64,000 nucleotides of DNA from an uncultured Acidimicrobiaceae bacterium (GTDB taxonomy: Bacteria; Actinomycetota; Acidimicrobiia; Acidimicrobiales; RAAP-2), in assembly GCA_963738135.1 (NCBI GenBank), contig CAVTVK010000001.1, positions 314,189 to 378,188 on the forward strand. The letters are read 5' to 3'. Every line of letters begins with the position of its first letter. Within the stretch, counting starts at the first letter, position 1. A program made the translations under genes and the position numbers. Of the stretch, positions 54,594 to 63,026 are shown in pieces. The notes beneath the pieces are model-generated. The model had not been told where the DNA came from and did not search any database. It saw nothing but the letters and a program-made list of their open reading frames with translations.

Positions 54594-54744
54594 CTGGTGC
54601 TCCTCATGGGACGTTTCGTCGGCTCACTGGCACCCTCGGGATGTTCGGTCCGGGGGTGATCGGTCCGGCGAGTATCGCGCGCCGATACGCCGGACGCGCC
54701 GAGGCCCCTGTCCTCGAACCCCCGTCACTCCACGGATCGCTGCT

Positions 54745-55077
54745 TTAGGGCAACGGCTCGACGACGCTCCACCCGCGACGACGAAGTTCGACGGCGAGCC
54801 GCTCCGCGGGGATCTGGCTCAGCACGTCGTCTTGCACCGACCGCCGCCATATCGGGACCTCGACCGCCTTCTCCGAGTCCGGCCCCGCGTCACGCAGTTG
54901 CTCCAGGAACGCGTCAGCCTCGGTCCGGGTGAACCTGCCTCCGGCTTGGCGTTGCGTGAACCCCATCGGCCCGCGTGCGTCGCGAAAATCGGTGTGGCCC
55001 GCTTCCTGCAGAAGGGCGAGGAGTTCTTGGACCTGCCTCGCTGACGCTGGTGGTCCTTGCTGCTGCCCGAATGCCAT
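54745..55077 (-). CDS. hypothetical protein
   Basis: 110-aa ORF with plausible composition (QVQELLALLQEAGHTDFRDARGPMGFTQRQ...). No family recognised. Confidence 0.45.
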   Translation of the reverse strand: MAFGQQQGPPASARQVQELLALLQEAGHTDFRDARGPMGFTQRQAGGRFTRTEADAFLEQLRDAGPDSEKAVEVPIWRRSVQDDVLSQIPAERLAVELRRRGWSVVEPLP

Positions 55078-55174
55078 GGCAGGCAGTCTTGCCCATCGCT
55101 GTCACGAGGCACTTCCGAGAGGAATCAGGAGCCAGCAGGGCCCTGGCGCGGCCGACCGTCTCCGGCCCCGCGGT

Positions 55175-56662
55175 CTAGCCCAGCGTGCTGACGACCCGTC
55201 CGAAGTAGTTGGCCCCGCCGAAGGTGAAGATGCCGCCGTCGGCCGCCGCCATCCAGTACCCGTTGGTGGCGTTGTCGGCGGCCATGCCCACGACCGGCGC
55301 CGCCAGGCTGATGCCGCCCGTACTGCCGTCGAAGGGGGCCTCCCCGTAGGTGAAGATGCCGCCGTCGGAGGCCACGAAGCGGTAGCCCCGGCCGTTGGGT
55401 GACGCCTCCATGCCCACGATGGGCTTGTTCAGGTGGATGCTCCCGGTGCTGCCGAAGAACGGGGCGTTGAAGCTGAACACACCGCCGTCGGAAGCCACCT
55501 CCCAGTAGCCGCCGGTCGCCGCGTCGTTGGCGATACCCACGATCGGCTGGTTGAGGGTCTGGCCGCCCATGGACCCGAAGAAGGCCGCATTGCCGAAACT
55601 GAAGATGCCGCCGTCGCCGGCCACCATCCAGTAGCCCTTGCCGTCGGGCGTGGTGGCGATGCCGACAATGGGCTTGTTGAGTCGAAGCGAGCCCGTGGAG
55701 CCGTAGAAGGAGGCGTCACCGAAGCTGAAGATCCCGCCGTCCGTACCCACCAGCCAGTACCCCTTGCCGTCGGGCGTGGACGCCATGCCGACGATGGGCG
55801 CGTTCAGCTGGCCGCTGAGCGAGCCGTAGTTCACGGCGGAGCCGAAGGCTGCGACCGTACCGTTGGCCTCGACCTCCCAGTAGCCGGTCCCGTTGGCGGT
55901 CGGTGCGATGGCCACGGTGCGGGAGCCGGACTGGACCGCGCCGGCCAGCTGACCCCAGCTGGCCGTGACGTCGCTGGGCGGGGCGCACGAGCTGACGAAG
56001 ATGGCGGCGAGAGAGCCCGACGTGTAGCCCGACGGTGAGAAGGCTGCGCCCATCGACAGGATCGGCGGGCCGTTCGGGCAGCCGCCGAATTGGTGCAGGA
56101 CGATGTCGCGGTGGCCCCAACACCCGGAGAGGTTCGACAGGCCGCAAGCCGTGTTGGACGTCGACGAACCGCTGTACCCGTCGTCGTACATCCAGTAGTA
56201 GTCGGCTTCGAGCACCGACGTGAGTCCTCCGGCCCAGATCGATCCACCGAACGTGAGCGGAGCCCCACCGGTCACCGCGGACGGGAAGGTCGGATCGCCG
56301 CCGGCATTGGCGCCGTTCTGCGCATACGCGTCGAGTTGTGCCGTCACGTACTCGATCGGCTGCTCGCCGCGATCGACGCGTTCGTTGTTCACGACGGTGA
56401 GCACCTGCTGGTCGAGCGGCAGAGCGCCGAGGGAAGACTCAGAGACGTTCATGGAGCCGACGCCCTCGTGACTGCGCGCGTCGTCGATGGACGTGAGCCA
56501 GTCCGGATTGTCCGGCGCGATGTTGGACGAGGGGTTGGAGGGAGGCAGGATGCCGGTCGCCGACGCCGGCGCACTGGTCAACCCCGCCGCGATGGTGCTC
56601 ATGGCCATTGCCCCGATGGGCAGTAGAAGTGTCGCGATGCGACGACGGGTACTGCGCTGCAC
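55175..56662 (-). CDS. secreted protein: CAP/SCP-like N-terminal domain plus six ~40-aa GYW...DGG(I/V)F.FG repeats (beta-propeller-like)
   Basis: GTG 56662 (RBS agaggggga). Signal peptide VQRSTRRRIATLLLPIGAMAMSTIAAGLTSAPASA. Repeats look like PIVGMASTPDGKGYWLVGTDGGIFSFGDASFYGSTG. Confidence 0.7.
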   Translation of the reverse strand: MQRSTRRRIATLLLPIGAMAMSTIAAGLTSAPASATGILPPSNPSSNIAPDNPDWLTSIDDARSHEGVGSMNVSESSLGALPLDQQVLTVVNNERVDRGEQPIEYVTAQLDAYAQNGANAGGDPTFPSAVTGGAPLTFGGSIWAGGLTSVLEADYYWMYDDGYSGSSTSNTACGLSNLSGCWGHRDIVLHQFGGCPNGPPILSMGAAFSPSGYTSGSLAAIFVSSCAPPSDVTASWGQLAGAVQSGSRTVAIAPTANGTGYWEVEANGTVAAFGSAVNYGSLSGQLNAPIVGMASTPDGKGYWLVGTDGGIFSFGDASFYGSTGSLRLNKPIVGIATTPDGKGYWMVAGDGGIFSFGNAAFFGSMGGQTLNQPIVGIANDAATGGYWEVASDGGVFSFNAPFFGSTGSIHLNKPIVGMEASPNGRGYRFVASDGGIFTYGEAPFDGSTGGISLAAPVVGMAADNATNGYWMAAADGGIFTFGGANYFGRVVSTLG

Positions 56663-57182
56663 GCTGTGTTCCCCCTCTTTGCCTGCGCTTCGTTCACGGT
56701 GGTATCGGAACGAATTGGCGGGAACCGAAGAGGTCTTTTGGAAGAAATCCAAACTCTTTTCGCAGGTCCAGGGCTTGACGTTGCCGCTCAGCAAGGTTGG
56801 GCAGCTGTTGTTGCAACCGGCGGGGGCGCCGGCTGCGTCCCCCGTGTCGTGCCTGGCGAGCGCAGCCGGCCCGACGCGTGCAACCAAGCGGCCACGCCGC
56901 GGCAATGCCGTGAACATGGGGGTCGTGGGCCTCCATGGAGGACACGGTGCTCACTGTGATCGAAGGGGCTGCCGCAGGGCGATGACGCCGCTCGGGGAGC
57001 ACGCCGGTCGACCTTCTCCCCGGCGGTGCGCGGCCGCGCACGCCACCATGACCATGTCCTCGGGGAGGCTGCGGCGACCCGGCGAACTACTGGTTGCCGA
57101 GCGTCAGCCCCTCATCGACATCCAAGACCGGGCCCCCGAAGGGGCCGACCGCCTCCGCCGCGGCCGCCGTACGCAGCCAGGG

Positions 57183-57230
57183 CCTCAGCCTCAGTCTCAG
57201 CCTCAGTGAGAACCTCAGCGAGAACCTCAG
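57183..57230. repeat. hexamer (cctcag) x4 followed by a 12-mer (ngagaacctcag) x2
   Basis: Direct reading. Lies 20-70 nt downstream of the stop of the minus-strand ACAD gene at 57251. Confidence 0.9.
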
Positions 57231-57250
57231 CAAGCGTCGGTGCCGGCCCC

Positions 57251-58516
57251 TTACCCCCGGGGCAGGCCCAGGACGCGCTCGGCCACGATGTTGCGCTGGA
57301 TCTCGGAGGTGCCGCCGGAGATGGTGCCGGAGAACGAGCGCAGGAACTGCAGGGCCCAGGCGCCGTCGTAGAACGCGCCGGTCGCGCTGGCCTCCACCCG
57401 GTCCGGCTCGAAGTGCGCCCGGTCCCACTCGGTGAAGCGGTTGGGCCCCGGGCCGTCGAGGTCGAGCCCCTCCAGGCCGAGCGCCTCCTGCGCCAGCTGG
57501 CAGGCCCGCTGCTCGCCTTCGCTGGTGAAGAGCTTGAGCACCATGTGCTCGGGTGACATCTCGCCCCGGCTGGCCTTGGAGAAGCCGCGGTAGCCCAGGC
57601 AGCGCATCGCCGCGGTGTCGGTGGCCAACCGGCCGATGGCCTCGGCCAGGCGGGGGTCGTCGCCCAGCGTGCCGCCGTGACCGTCGGGGCGCGCCGCCAG
57701 GCGCGCCAGACCTTTCAGCGTGCGCTCCATCTTCGACACGTTCATGATCCAGAGCATCCCCCGCTCGTGGCGCAGCGAGCCCTGGCTCACGGTCCACCCG
57801 TGGTTGAGGTCGCCGAGCAGGTTCTCCTCCGGCACCTCGACGTCGCTGAAGAAGACCTCGTTGAAGTCGGCGTGGTGGGGGTCGGTCAGCTCGGGCAACG
57901 GCCGGCACACGATGCCGGGCGTGCGCATGTCGATGATCAGTGCGCTGATACCGCGGTGCTTCGGCGCCTCGGGGTCGGTACGCGCGTAACACAGACAGAA
58001 GTCGGCCTCATGGGCGCCCGAGGTCCACACCTTCTGTCCGTTCACCACGAAGTGACCGTCCCGGTGCTCGGCCCGTGTGGTCAGCGAGGCCAGGTCGCTC
58101 CCGGCGTTGGGCTCGCTCATGCCGAGGCACCAGGTGATCTCGCCCTTGAGGGTCGGGACGACGTAGCGCTCCTTCTGGTCGTCGGTCCCGTACTCGACGA
58201 TGGAGGCGGCGCAGATGGACAGGCCCTGGGGGTTGAGCGAACGGGGCGCCATGCGCTCGGTGACGACCTCGTAGTACGCCATCTGCTCCTCGGGGGTGGC
58301 GTTGCGGCCGCCGAGCTCGGGTGGCCACCCCGGGACGAGCCAACCCGCCTCGTACATGTCGCGCTGGAAGGTACGGGCCCAGTCCGGCAGGTGGGCCGAC
58401 GAGCGGCGGGGATTCGCGGCTACCACGTCGGGCGCCGGCAGGTGCTCGTCCAGCCACGACTCGAAGGTGCGGCGGAACTCACTCAGCGTGTCGTCAGGCG
58501 CGAGGCGCATGGCCAA
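57251..58516 (-). CDS. acyl-CoA dehydrogenase
   Basis: 421 aa: WPPELGGRNATP, MSEPNAGSDLASLTTRAE, GGTSEIQRNIV. Confidence 0.85.
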   Translation of the reverse strand: MAMRLAPDDTLSEFRRTFESWLDEHLPAPDVVAANPRRSSAHLPDWARTFQRDMYEAGWLVPGWPPELGGRNATPEEQMAYYEVVTERMAPRSLNPQGLSICAASIVEYGTDDQKERYVVPTLKGEITWCLGMSEPNAGSDLASLTTRAEHRDGHFVVNGQKVWTSGAHEADFCLCYARTDPEAPKHRGISALIIDMRTPGIVCRPLPELTDPHHADFNEVFFSDVEVPEENLLGDLNHGWTVSQGSLRHERGMLWIMNVSKMERTLKGLARLAARPDGHGGTLGDDPRLAEAIGRLATDTAAMRCLGYRGFSKASRGEMSPEHMVLKLFTSEGEQRACQLAQEALGLEGLDLDGPGPNRFTEWDRAHFEPDRVEASATGAFYDGAWALQFLRSFSGTISGGTSEIQRNIVAERVLGLPRG

Positions 58517-58530
58517 CTATGACACGGGCG

Positions 58531-58941
58531 TCAGTCGTCCAGCGAGTCCCCGTCGTCCTCCTCGGGCGAGCCCGCCGCACCCTGCTTGTAGCCGCGCCGG
58601 GCGGCCGGCAGGGCCTGAATGGCCAGCACGATCCCGAAGGCCGGCTGGGTCAGGAGGATGGACCCTGCGATGTCGTCCCAGGTGGCGCCGACCTCGGCCG
58701 CCAGCCGGGCATGACGCTGGACACCACCCGGCTGGCGGGCGATGACCGTGCACACCATGCGGATGAGCTCGTGGGTCTTGCGGTCGGGTGCTCGCAGCGA
58801 GTCGATGGAGGCCATCCAGGCGTTCTGGGCCTGCAGGACGTTCGGTGCCCATTCGCCGAGGAAGCGCTCCGAGGGGAACGGCCATACGTCATCGTCGACG
58901 TTGATGTCGAACTCGTCGTCGGGATCGGCCCCAGCGCTCAC
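58531..58941 (-). CDS. carboxymuconolactone decarboxylase (AhpD-like) family protein
   Basis: THELIRMVCTVIARQPGGVQRHARLAAEVGATWDDIAGSILLTQPAFG. The start is a guess (GTG 58941). The rest of ORF 58531..59196 overlaps the upstream gene. Confidence 0.55.
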   Translation of the reverse strand: MSAGADPDDEFDINVDDDVWPFPSERFLGEWAPNVLQAQNAWMASIDSLRAPDRKTHELIRMVCTVIARQPGGVQRHARLAAEVGATWDDIAGSILLTQPAFGIVLAIQALPAARRGYKQGAAGSPEEDDGDSLDD

Positions 58942-58960
58942 GGCGTCGTCATCGTACGGC

Positions 58961-61216
58961 TCACGAACCCGGCTCCGGATCGCGGGGCTGGCCCAGGATC
59001 CGTTCTGCGATGACGTTGCGCTGTACCTCGCTGGTGCCGCCGGCGATGGTGAGGCAGCGGGTGGAGAGGAAGCCCTCCTCCCAGCGCTGTGCCTTCCCGT
59101 CGAGGATCGCGCCGTCGGCGCCGTAGAGGGCCATGCCCATCTCCTGGACGCGCTGCTCGTGCTCCACGCCGAGCAGCTTGCGCACGCTCGACCCACTCCC
59201 GGGGTCCACGCCCGAGAGCGTCCGCAGGGTGGCCCGGTGGCCGAGCAGGGCCACCGTCTGCGCCTCGGCGATCAGATGCCCGAGCCGGCCCTCCAGGCTG
59301 GCCGGACCGGGCTCGCCGCGCTCGCTCCGGCGGGCCAGGGTCCGGGTCAACGACTCGACGCCGGGGCCGAAAGAGGCCCCCGTCGACATGGAGACCCGCT
59401 CGTTGGCCAGCGTCGTGCGCCCGATGCGCCAGCCGTCCCCGGGCGCACCCACGACGGCGTCGTCGGGGACGAAGACGTCATTGAAGAAGACCTCGTTGAA
59501 CATGGCGGCGCCGGTCAGCTCGCGCAGCGGCCGGATGTCGAGACCGTCGGCGTGCATGTCGACGATGAAGTAGGTGATGCCGGCGTGCTTGGCCGCGTCG
59601 GGATCCGAGCGGGCCAGGCAGATGCCGAAGTCGGCCGTCTGGGCCAGTGACGTCCACACCTTCTGCCCGTTGAGGACCCAGCCCCCCTCCACGCGCTCGG
59701 CCCGGGTGCTGAGGGCGGCCAGGTCGGACCCCGCGCCCGGCTCGCTGAAGAGCTGGCACCAGTTGAGTTTCCCGTGCAGCGTCGGGCGCACCCAGCGCTC
59801 CTGCTGGTCCGCCGTGCCGTGGGCGATGAGGGTGGGCAGCGCCCAGGCCCCGACCGCCAGGTGCGGCCGCGGCACGCCGGCGGCGGCCAGTTCCTCGTCG
59901 ATGACGAGCTGCTCCAGCGGCGAGGCCCCCCGGCCCCATGGTGCGGGCCAGTGCGGCATGATCAGCCCGGCGTCGGCGATGGCGGCGCGCTGGTCGGCGG
60001 CCGCGGCCACCTCGGCCACGACGGCGCGGATCTCCTCGCGCAACGACTCCGCTTCCGGCGGCAGATCGGCCGCCAGGTTGCGCCGGGCCCCGGCGATGGC
60101 CAGGCCGGCCACCTCGTGCTCGAGCGCACCCACGTCGCCGCCGGCCACCAGCTGCAGATTGGCCATGGCGCGCTTCAGGTAGAGATGGGCGTCGTGCTCC
60201 CACGTGAAGCCGATGCCCCCGAGGAGCTGGATGCACTCCTTGGCGCAGTGCGCGGCGGCGCCGAGCGCCACGGCACCGGCGATGCGCGCGCTCAGGTGGC
60301 GATCACGCGCGTCGTCATCGACGGCGTCGCCCTCGCTCCAGGCGGCGGCGGCGTCCCAGGCCACCGCGGCGCTCTGCTCCACGGCGACCAGCATGTCGGC
60401 CAGCGCGTGCTTGACCGCCTGGAACTGGCCGATCGGCCGGCCGAACTGCACGCGCACCTTGGCGTAGTCCGACGCCGTGTGCAGGCACCAGCGCGCGATC
60501 CCGGCGCTCTCGGCCGCGGCCAGGGTCAGGGCCAGGCCGCGCACGTCGTCGTCGGACACCATGACCTGTTCGTGCAACGGGACGGTGACCCGGCCCTCCC
60601 CGGCGATGGTGAGTTGCCCCACGGCGCGCGTGCCGTCGAGCGCCGGCAGCGCCTCGACGGAGACGGCGTCGCCCAGCGCCTCCCGATCGAGCAGGAGCCA
60701 GCTGGTCGTCGTGCCGTGGTCGAGCGGGACCAGGAGGAGGCGGGCGGTGGGCAGCCCGAGCACGGGGCGCACCGCGCCGCCGAGGGCCAGTGCCCCGTCC
60801 TCCACCGGGAGCCAGGGGTGCGGCGCCGCGCCCAACGCCACGGCGGCGGTGATGGACCCGTCGGCCAGCCCGCGCAGCCACTCCGGCGGCACGTTCGCCG
60901 GGCCAGCGGGCACCCGGGCCAGCACGGCCGAGACGAGCACGGTCGGCAGCAGGGGCCCCGGGAACAACGCGTGACCCAGCTCCTCGAGCACCACCGCCAG
61001 CTCGGCCAGCGTGAAGCCCTGTCCGCCCTGCTCCTCGCGCAGGTGCAGGCCGAGCCAGCCCTGGGCCGCCATCTTCTCCCAGGCCGCCGGCAGCCCATCT
61101 GACCCGGGCGGCGCCTCGGCCGCCTGGCGCGGCACCGTGGCCGGGCAGTGGGTCTGGGTCCAGCGCAGCGCAGTGGCGCGCAGCGACTCGTGGTCCTCGG
61201 TGACGGCGATCGGCAT
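58961..61216 (-). CDS. fused two-module acyl-CoA dehydrogenase (751 aa)
   Basis: The N-terminal module (FGRPIGQFQAVKHALAD, GGIGFTWEHDAHLYLKRA) resembles 49554..50708. The C-terminal module (WCQLFSEPGAGSDLAALSTRAE, TLANERV, GGTSEVQRNVI) resembles 50779..51957. Confidence 0.85.
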   Translation of the reverse strand: MPIAVTEDHESLRATALRWTQTHCPATVPRQAAEAPPGSDGLPAAWEKMAAQGWLGLHLREEQGGQGFTLAELAVVLEELGHALFPGPLLPTVLVSAVLARVPAGPANVPPEWLRGLADGSITAAVALGAAPHPWLPVEDGALALGGAVRPVLGLPTARLLLVPLDHGTTTSWLLLDREALGDAVSVEALPALDGTRAVGQLTIAGEGRVTVPLHEQVMVSDDDVRGLALTLAAAESAGIARWCLHTASDYAKVRVQFGRPIGQFQAVKHALADMLVAVEQSAAVAWDAAAAWSEGDAVDDDARDRHLSARIAGAVALGAAAHCAKECIQLLGGIGFTWEHDAHLYLKRAMANLQLVAGGDVGALEHEVAGLAIAGARRNLAADLPPEAESLREEIRAVVAEVAAAADQRAAIADAGLIMPHWPAPWGRGASPLEQLVIDEELAAAGVPRPHLAVGAWALPTLIAHGTADQQERWVRPTLHGKLNWCQLFSEPGAGSDLAALSTRAERVEGGWVLNGQKVWTSLAQTADFGICLARSDPDAAKHAGITYFIVDMHADGLDIRPLRELTGAAMFNEVFFNDVFVPDDAVVGAPGDGWRIGRTTLANERVSMSTGASFGPGVESLTRTLARRSERGEPGPASLEGRLGHLIAEAQTVALLGHRATLRTLSGVDPGSGSSVRKLLGVEHEQRVQEMGMALYGADGAILDGKAQRWEEGFLSTRCLTIAGGTSEVQRNVIAERILGQPRDPEPGS

Positions 61217-61456
61217 TTACGTCTTCTCCTCGAGCGGAACCTCGGCGCCGGCGCGCCAGAGGGAGATGGCACCGACCGGGCAGCCTTGCGCGGCAATGCG
61301 CAGCCGCTCCTCCTCGGTGGCCGCCGCATCCACGACGACGGCATGGCCGTCGTCGCTGAGCTCGAAGGTCTCGGGCGCCCAGAAGACGCAGTTCCCCGAC
61401 CCCATGCAGCGGTCCCAGTCGATCTTGACTTCCAAGGGCACGTCCGACTCCCCCAT
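61217..61456 (-). CDS. small 3Fe-4S/4Fe-4S-type ferredoxin (P450 redox partner type)
   Basis: 79 aa: KIDWDRCMGSGNCVFWAPETF...AAQGCPVGAI. Confidence 0.8.
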   Translation of the reverse strand: MGESDVPLEVKIDWDRCMGSGNCVFWAPETFELSDDGHAVVVDAAATEEERLRIAAQGCPVGAISLWRAGAEVPLEEKT

Positions 61457-61647
61457 CACGCGGCCCGCAGCACGACGGCGCCGGAGGGAACGACTTCGCC
61501 GGACGGGTCCACCGGCAGCGCGCCCGTGTCCCGGCTCAGGTCTCCGCGCGGCGCGCCTGCGACCGCCTCTGCCCGCCCGCAGAACTCGGTCTGCCCGATG
61601 CCCACGATGGCCGCCGCGTCCTGCGGCGGATCGGCTCTGTCGCCCAT
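61456..61647 (-). pseudogene. internally deleted remnant of a thiolase/lipid-transfer-protein gene
   Basis: 63-aa ORF. AAIVGIGQTEFCGRAE is a thiolase-like N-terminal motif, joined directly to GALPVDPSGEVVPSGAVV, which resembles the C-terminal PVN.SGG.L..G motif. Confidence 0.4.
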
Positions 61648-61658
61648 ACGCCTGAAAA

Positions 61659-62906
61659 CTAGCCCCCGGGAGAGAACGCCACGGGAAGCGAGAGGGGCGA
61701 GCGGAAGGCCATTCCCTCAATGTGCGGCGGTTCGGCCTCGGGGTCCAACGTGAAGGGCCCGAGGCGGTCGAACAGGGTGTTGATGGCGATGCGGGACTCC
61801 ATGCGGGCCAGATGCATGCCCAGGCAGACATGGACGCCGAAGCCGAACCCCACGTGCTGGCGCTGGTCGCGGAACATGTCGTAACGGTCGGGATCCTCGT
61901 ACTTGCGCTCGTCGCGGTTGGCCGCGCCGATCAGCAGGGCCACGTCGGCCCCCTTCTCGATGCTGACCCCGGCCAGCTCGGTGTCACGGGTGACCCGCCG
62001 GAGGATCACGGTCACCGGCGGCTCCCAGCGCAGCCCCTCCTCGAACGCCTGCGGGAACAGCGAGCGGTCCCGGTACAGCGCGTCGAACTGGGCCCGGTCC
62101 TGCAGGAGCGCGTAGATCAGGCTGCCCGAGGCGCGGTACGTCGTCTCGACGCCGGCCGGCAGCAACAGGCGCAGGAAGGAGAAGATCTCCTCGTCGCTCA
62201 GATGCGCCCCGTCGACCTCGGCCTGCACCAGGTCGCTGATCAGGTCGTCGCCCGGCGTGACCCGGCGCTCGGCCATGACGCCGGCGAAGTAGTCGCGCAG
62301 GGCCTCCGAGGCGGCGACACCGCGCTCCCAGTTGGCGGCCACGCTCGTGAGCTCGACGGCCCAGCGCTGGAAGCTGGGGTAGTCCTGGCGCGGCAGGCCC
62401 AAAATGCGGGCGATCACCTGCGCGGGGAAGTTGAACGTCACGGACCGCACGAGATCCGTCCGCCCTTCGTCGACGAAGGTGTCGATCAGCTCGTTGACGA
62501 CGCGCGCCACCAGGTCCTCTTCCCAACGCGCCAGCATCTTGGAGCGGAAGCTCCCGGCGACGAGGGTGCGGATGGCGCGATGCTCGGGCTCGTCCATCTC
62601 GAGCATCGTGCGGCCCATCACCATGCCCACGATCTCTCCGTAGACGGCGGAGGAGTACGTCTCGTTGTCGCGCAACACCTGGACGGCCTCGTCGAAGCCG
62701 AACACGGTGACCGGGGCCGGCTTGGAGGGGTCGGAGATGTCGGCGCCCTCGCCCAGGTCGATCGGGCCGACGTGGACGGGGCTCTCGCGTCGCAGGGCCT
62801 GCATCGCGGGATACGGGTCACGGATGGTGCCCCCGACCACGTCCTTCAATTCGTAAGGATCGAAGGGAACCGCTGTTGGATCGGCTGTCGTATTGAAACT
62901 TGGCAT
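61659..62906 (-). CDS. cytochrome P450
   Basis: ATG 62906. AGVETT (I-helix), EGLRW, heme loop FGFGVHVCLGMHLAR. Confidence 0.9.
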   Translation of the reverse strand: MPSFNTTADPTAVPFDPYELKDVVGGTIRDPYPAMQALRRESPVHVGPIDLGEGADISDPSKPAPVTVFGFDEAVQVLRDNETYSSAVYGEIVGMVMGRTMLEMDEPEHRAIRTLVAGSFRSKMLARWEEDLVARVVNELIDTFVDEGRTDLVRSVTFNFPAQVIARILGLPRQDYPSFQRWAVELTSVAANWERGVAASEALRDYFAGVMAERRVTPGDDLISDLVQAEVDGAHLSDEEIFSFLRLLLPAGVETTYRASGSLIYALLQDRAQFDALYRDRSLFPQAFEEGLRWEPPVTVILRRVTRDTELAGVSIEKGADVALLIGAANRDERKYEDPDRYDMFRDQRQHVGFGFGVHVCLGMHLARMESRIAINTLFDRLGPFTLDPEAEPPHIEGMAFRSPLSLPVAFSPGG

Positions 62907-62963
62907 GTCGCTCCTGCACTCCCTCGGGTTCGTGCGTCGCACCCGCTGATCCTGACTCTAGCA

Positions 62964-62973
62964 AACGATCGTT
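62964..62973. promoter_or_regulatory. perfect 10-bp palindrome AACGATCGTT in the P450/TetR divergent region (candidate TetR operator core)
   Basis: Read directly. A second AACGTT hexamer lies at about 62978. It sits between the divergent start codons at 62906 and 63027. Confidence 0.35.
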
Positions 62974-63026
62974 AGGGAACGTTGGGACGCCCGCCCGCCG
63001 TAGGCTCGGGGCGGAGGGCGGAAAAC

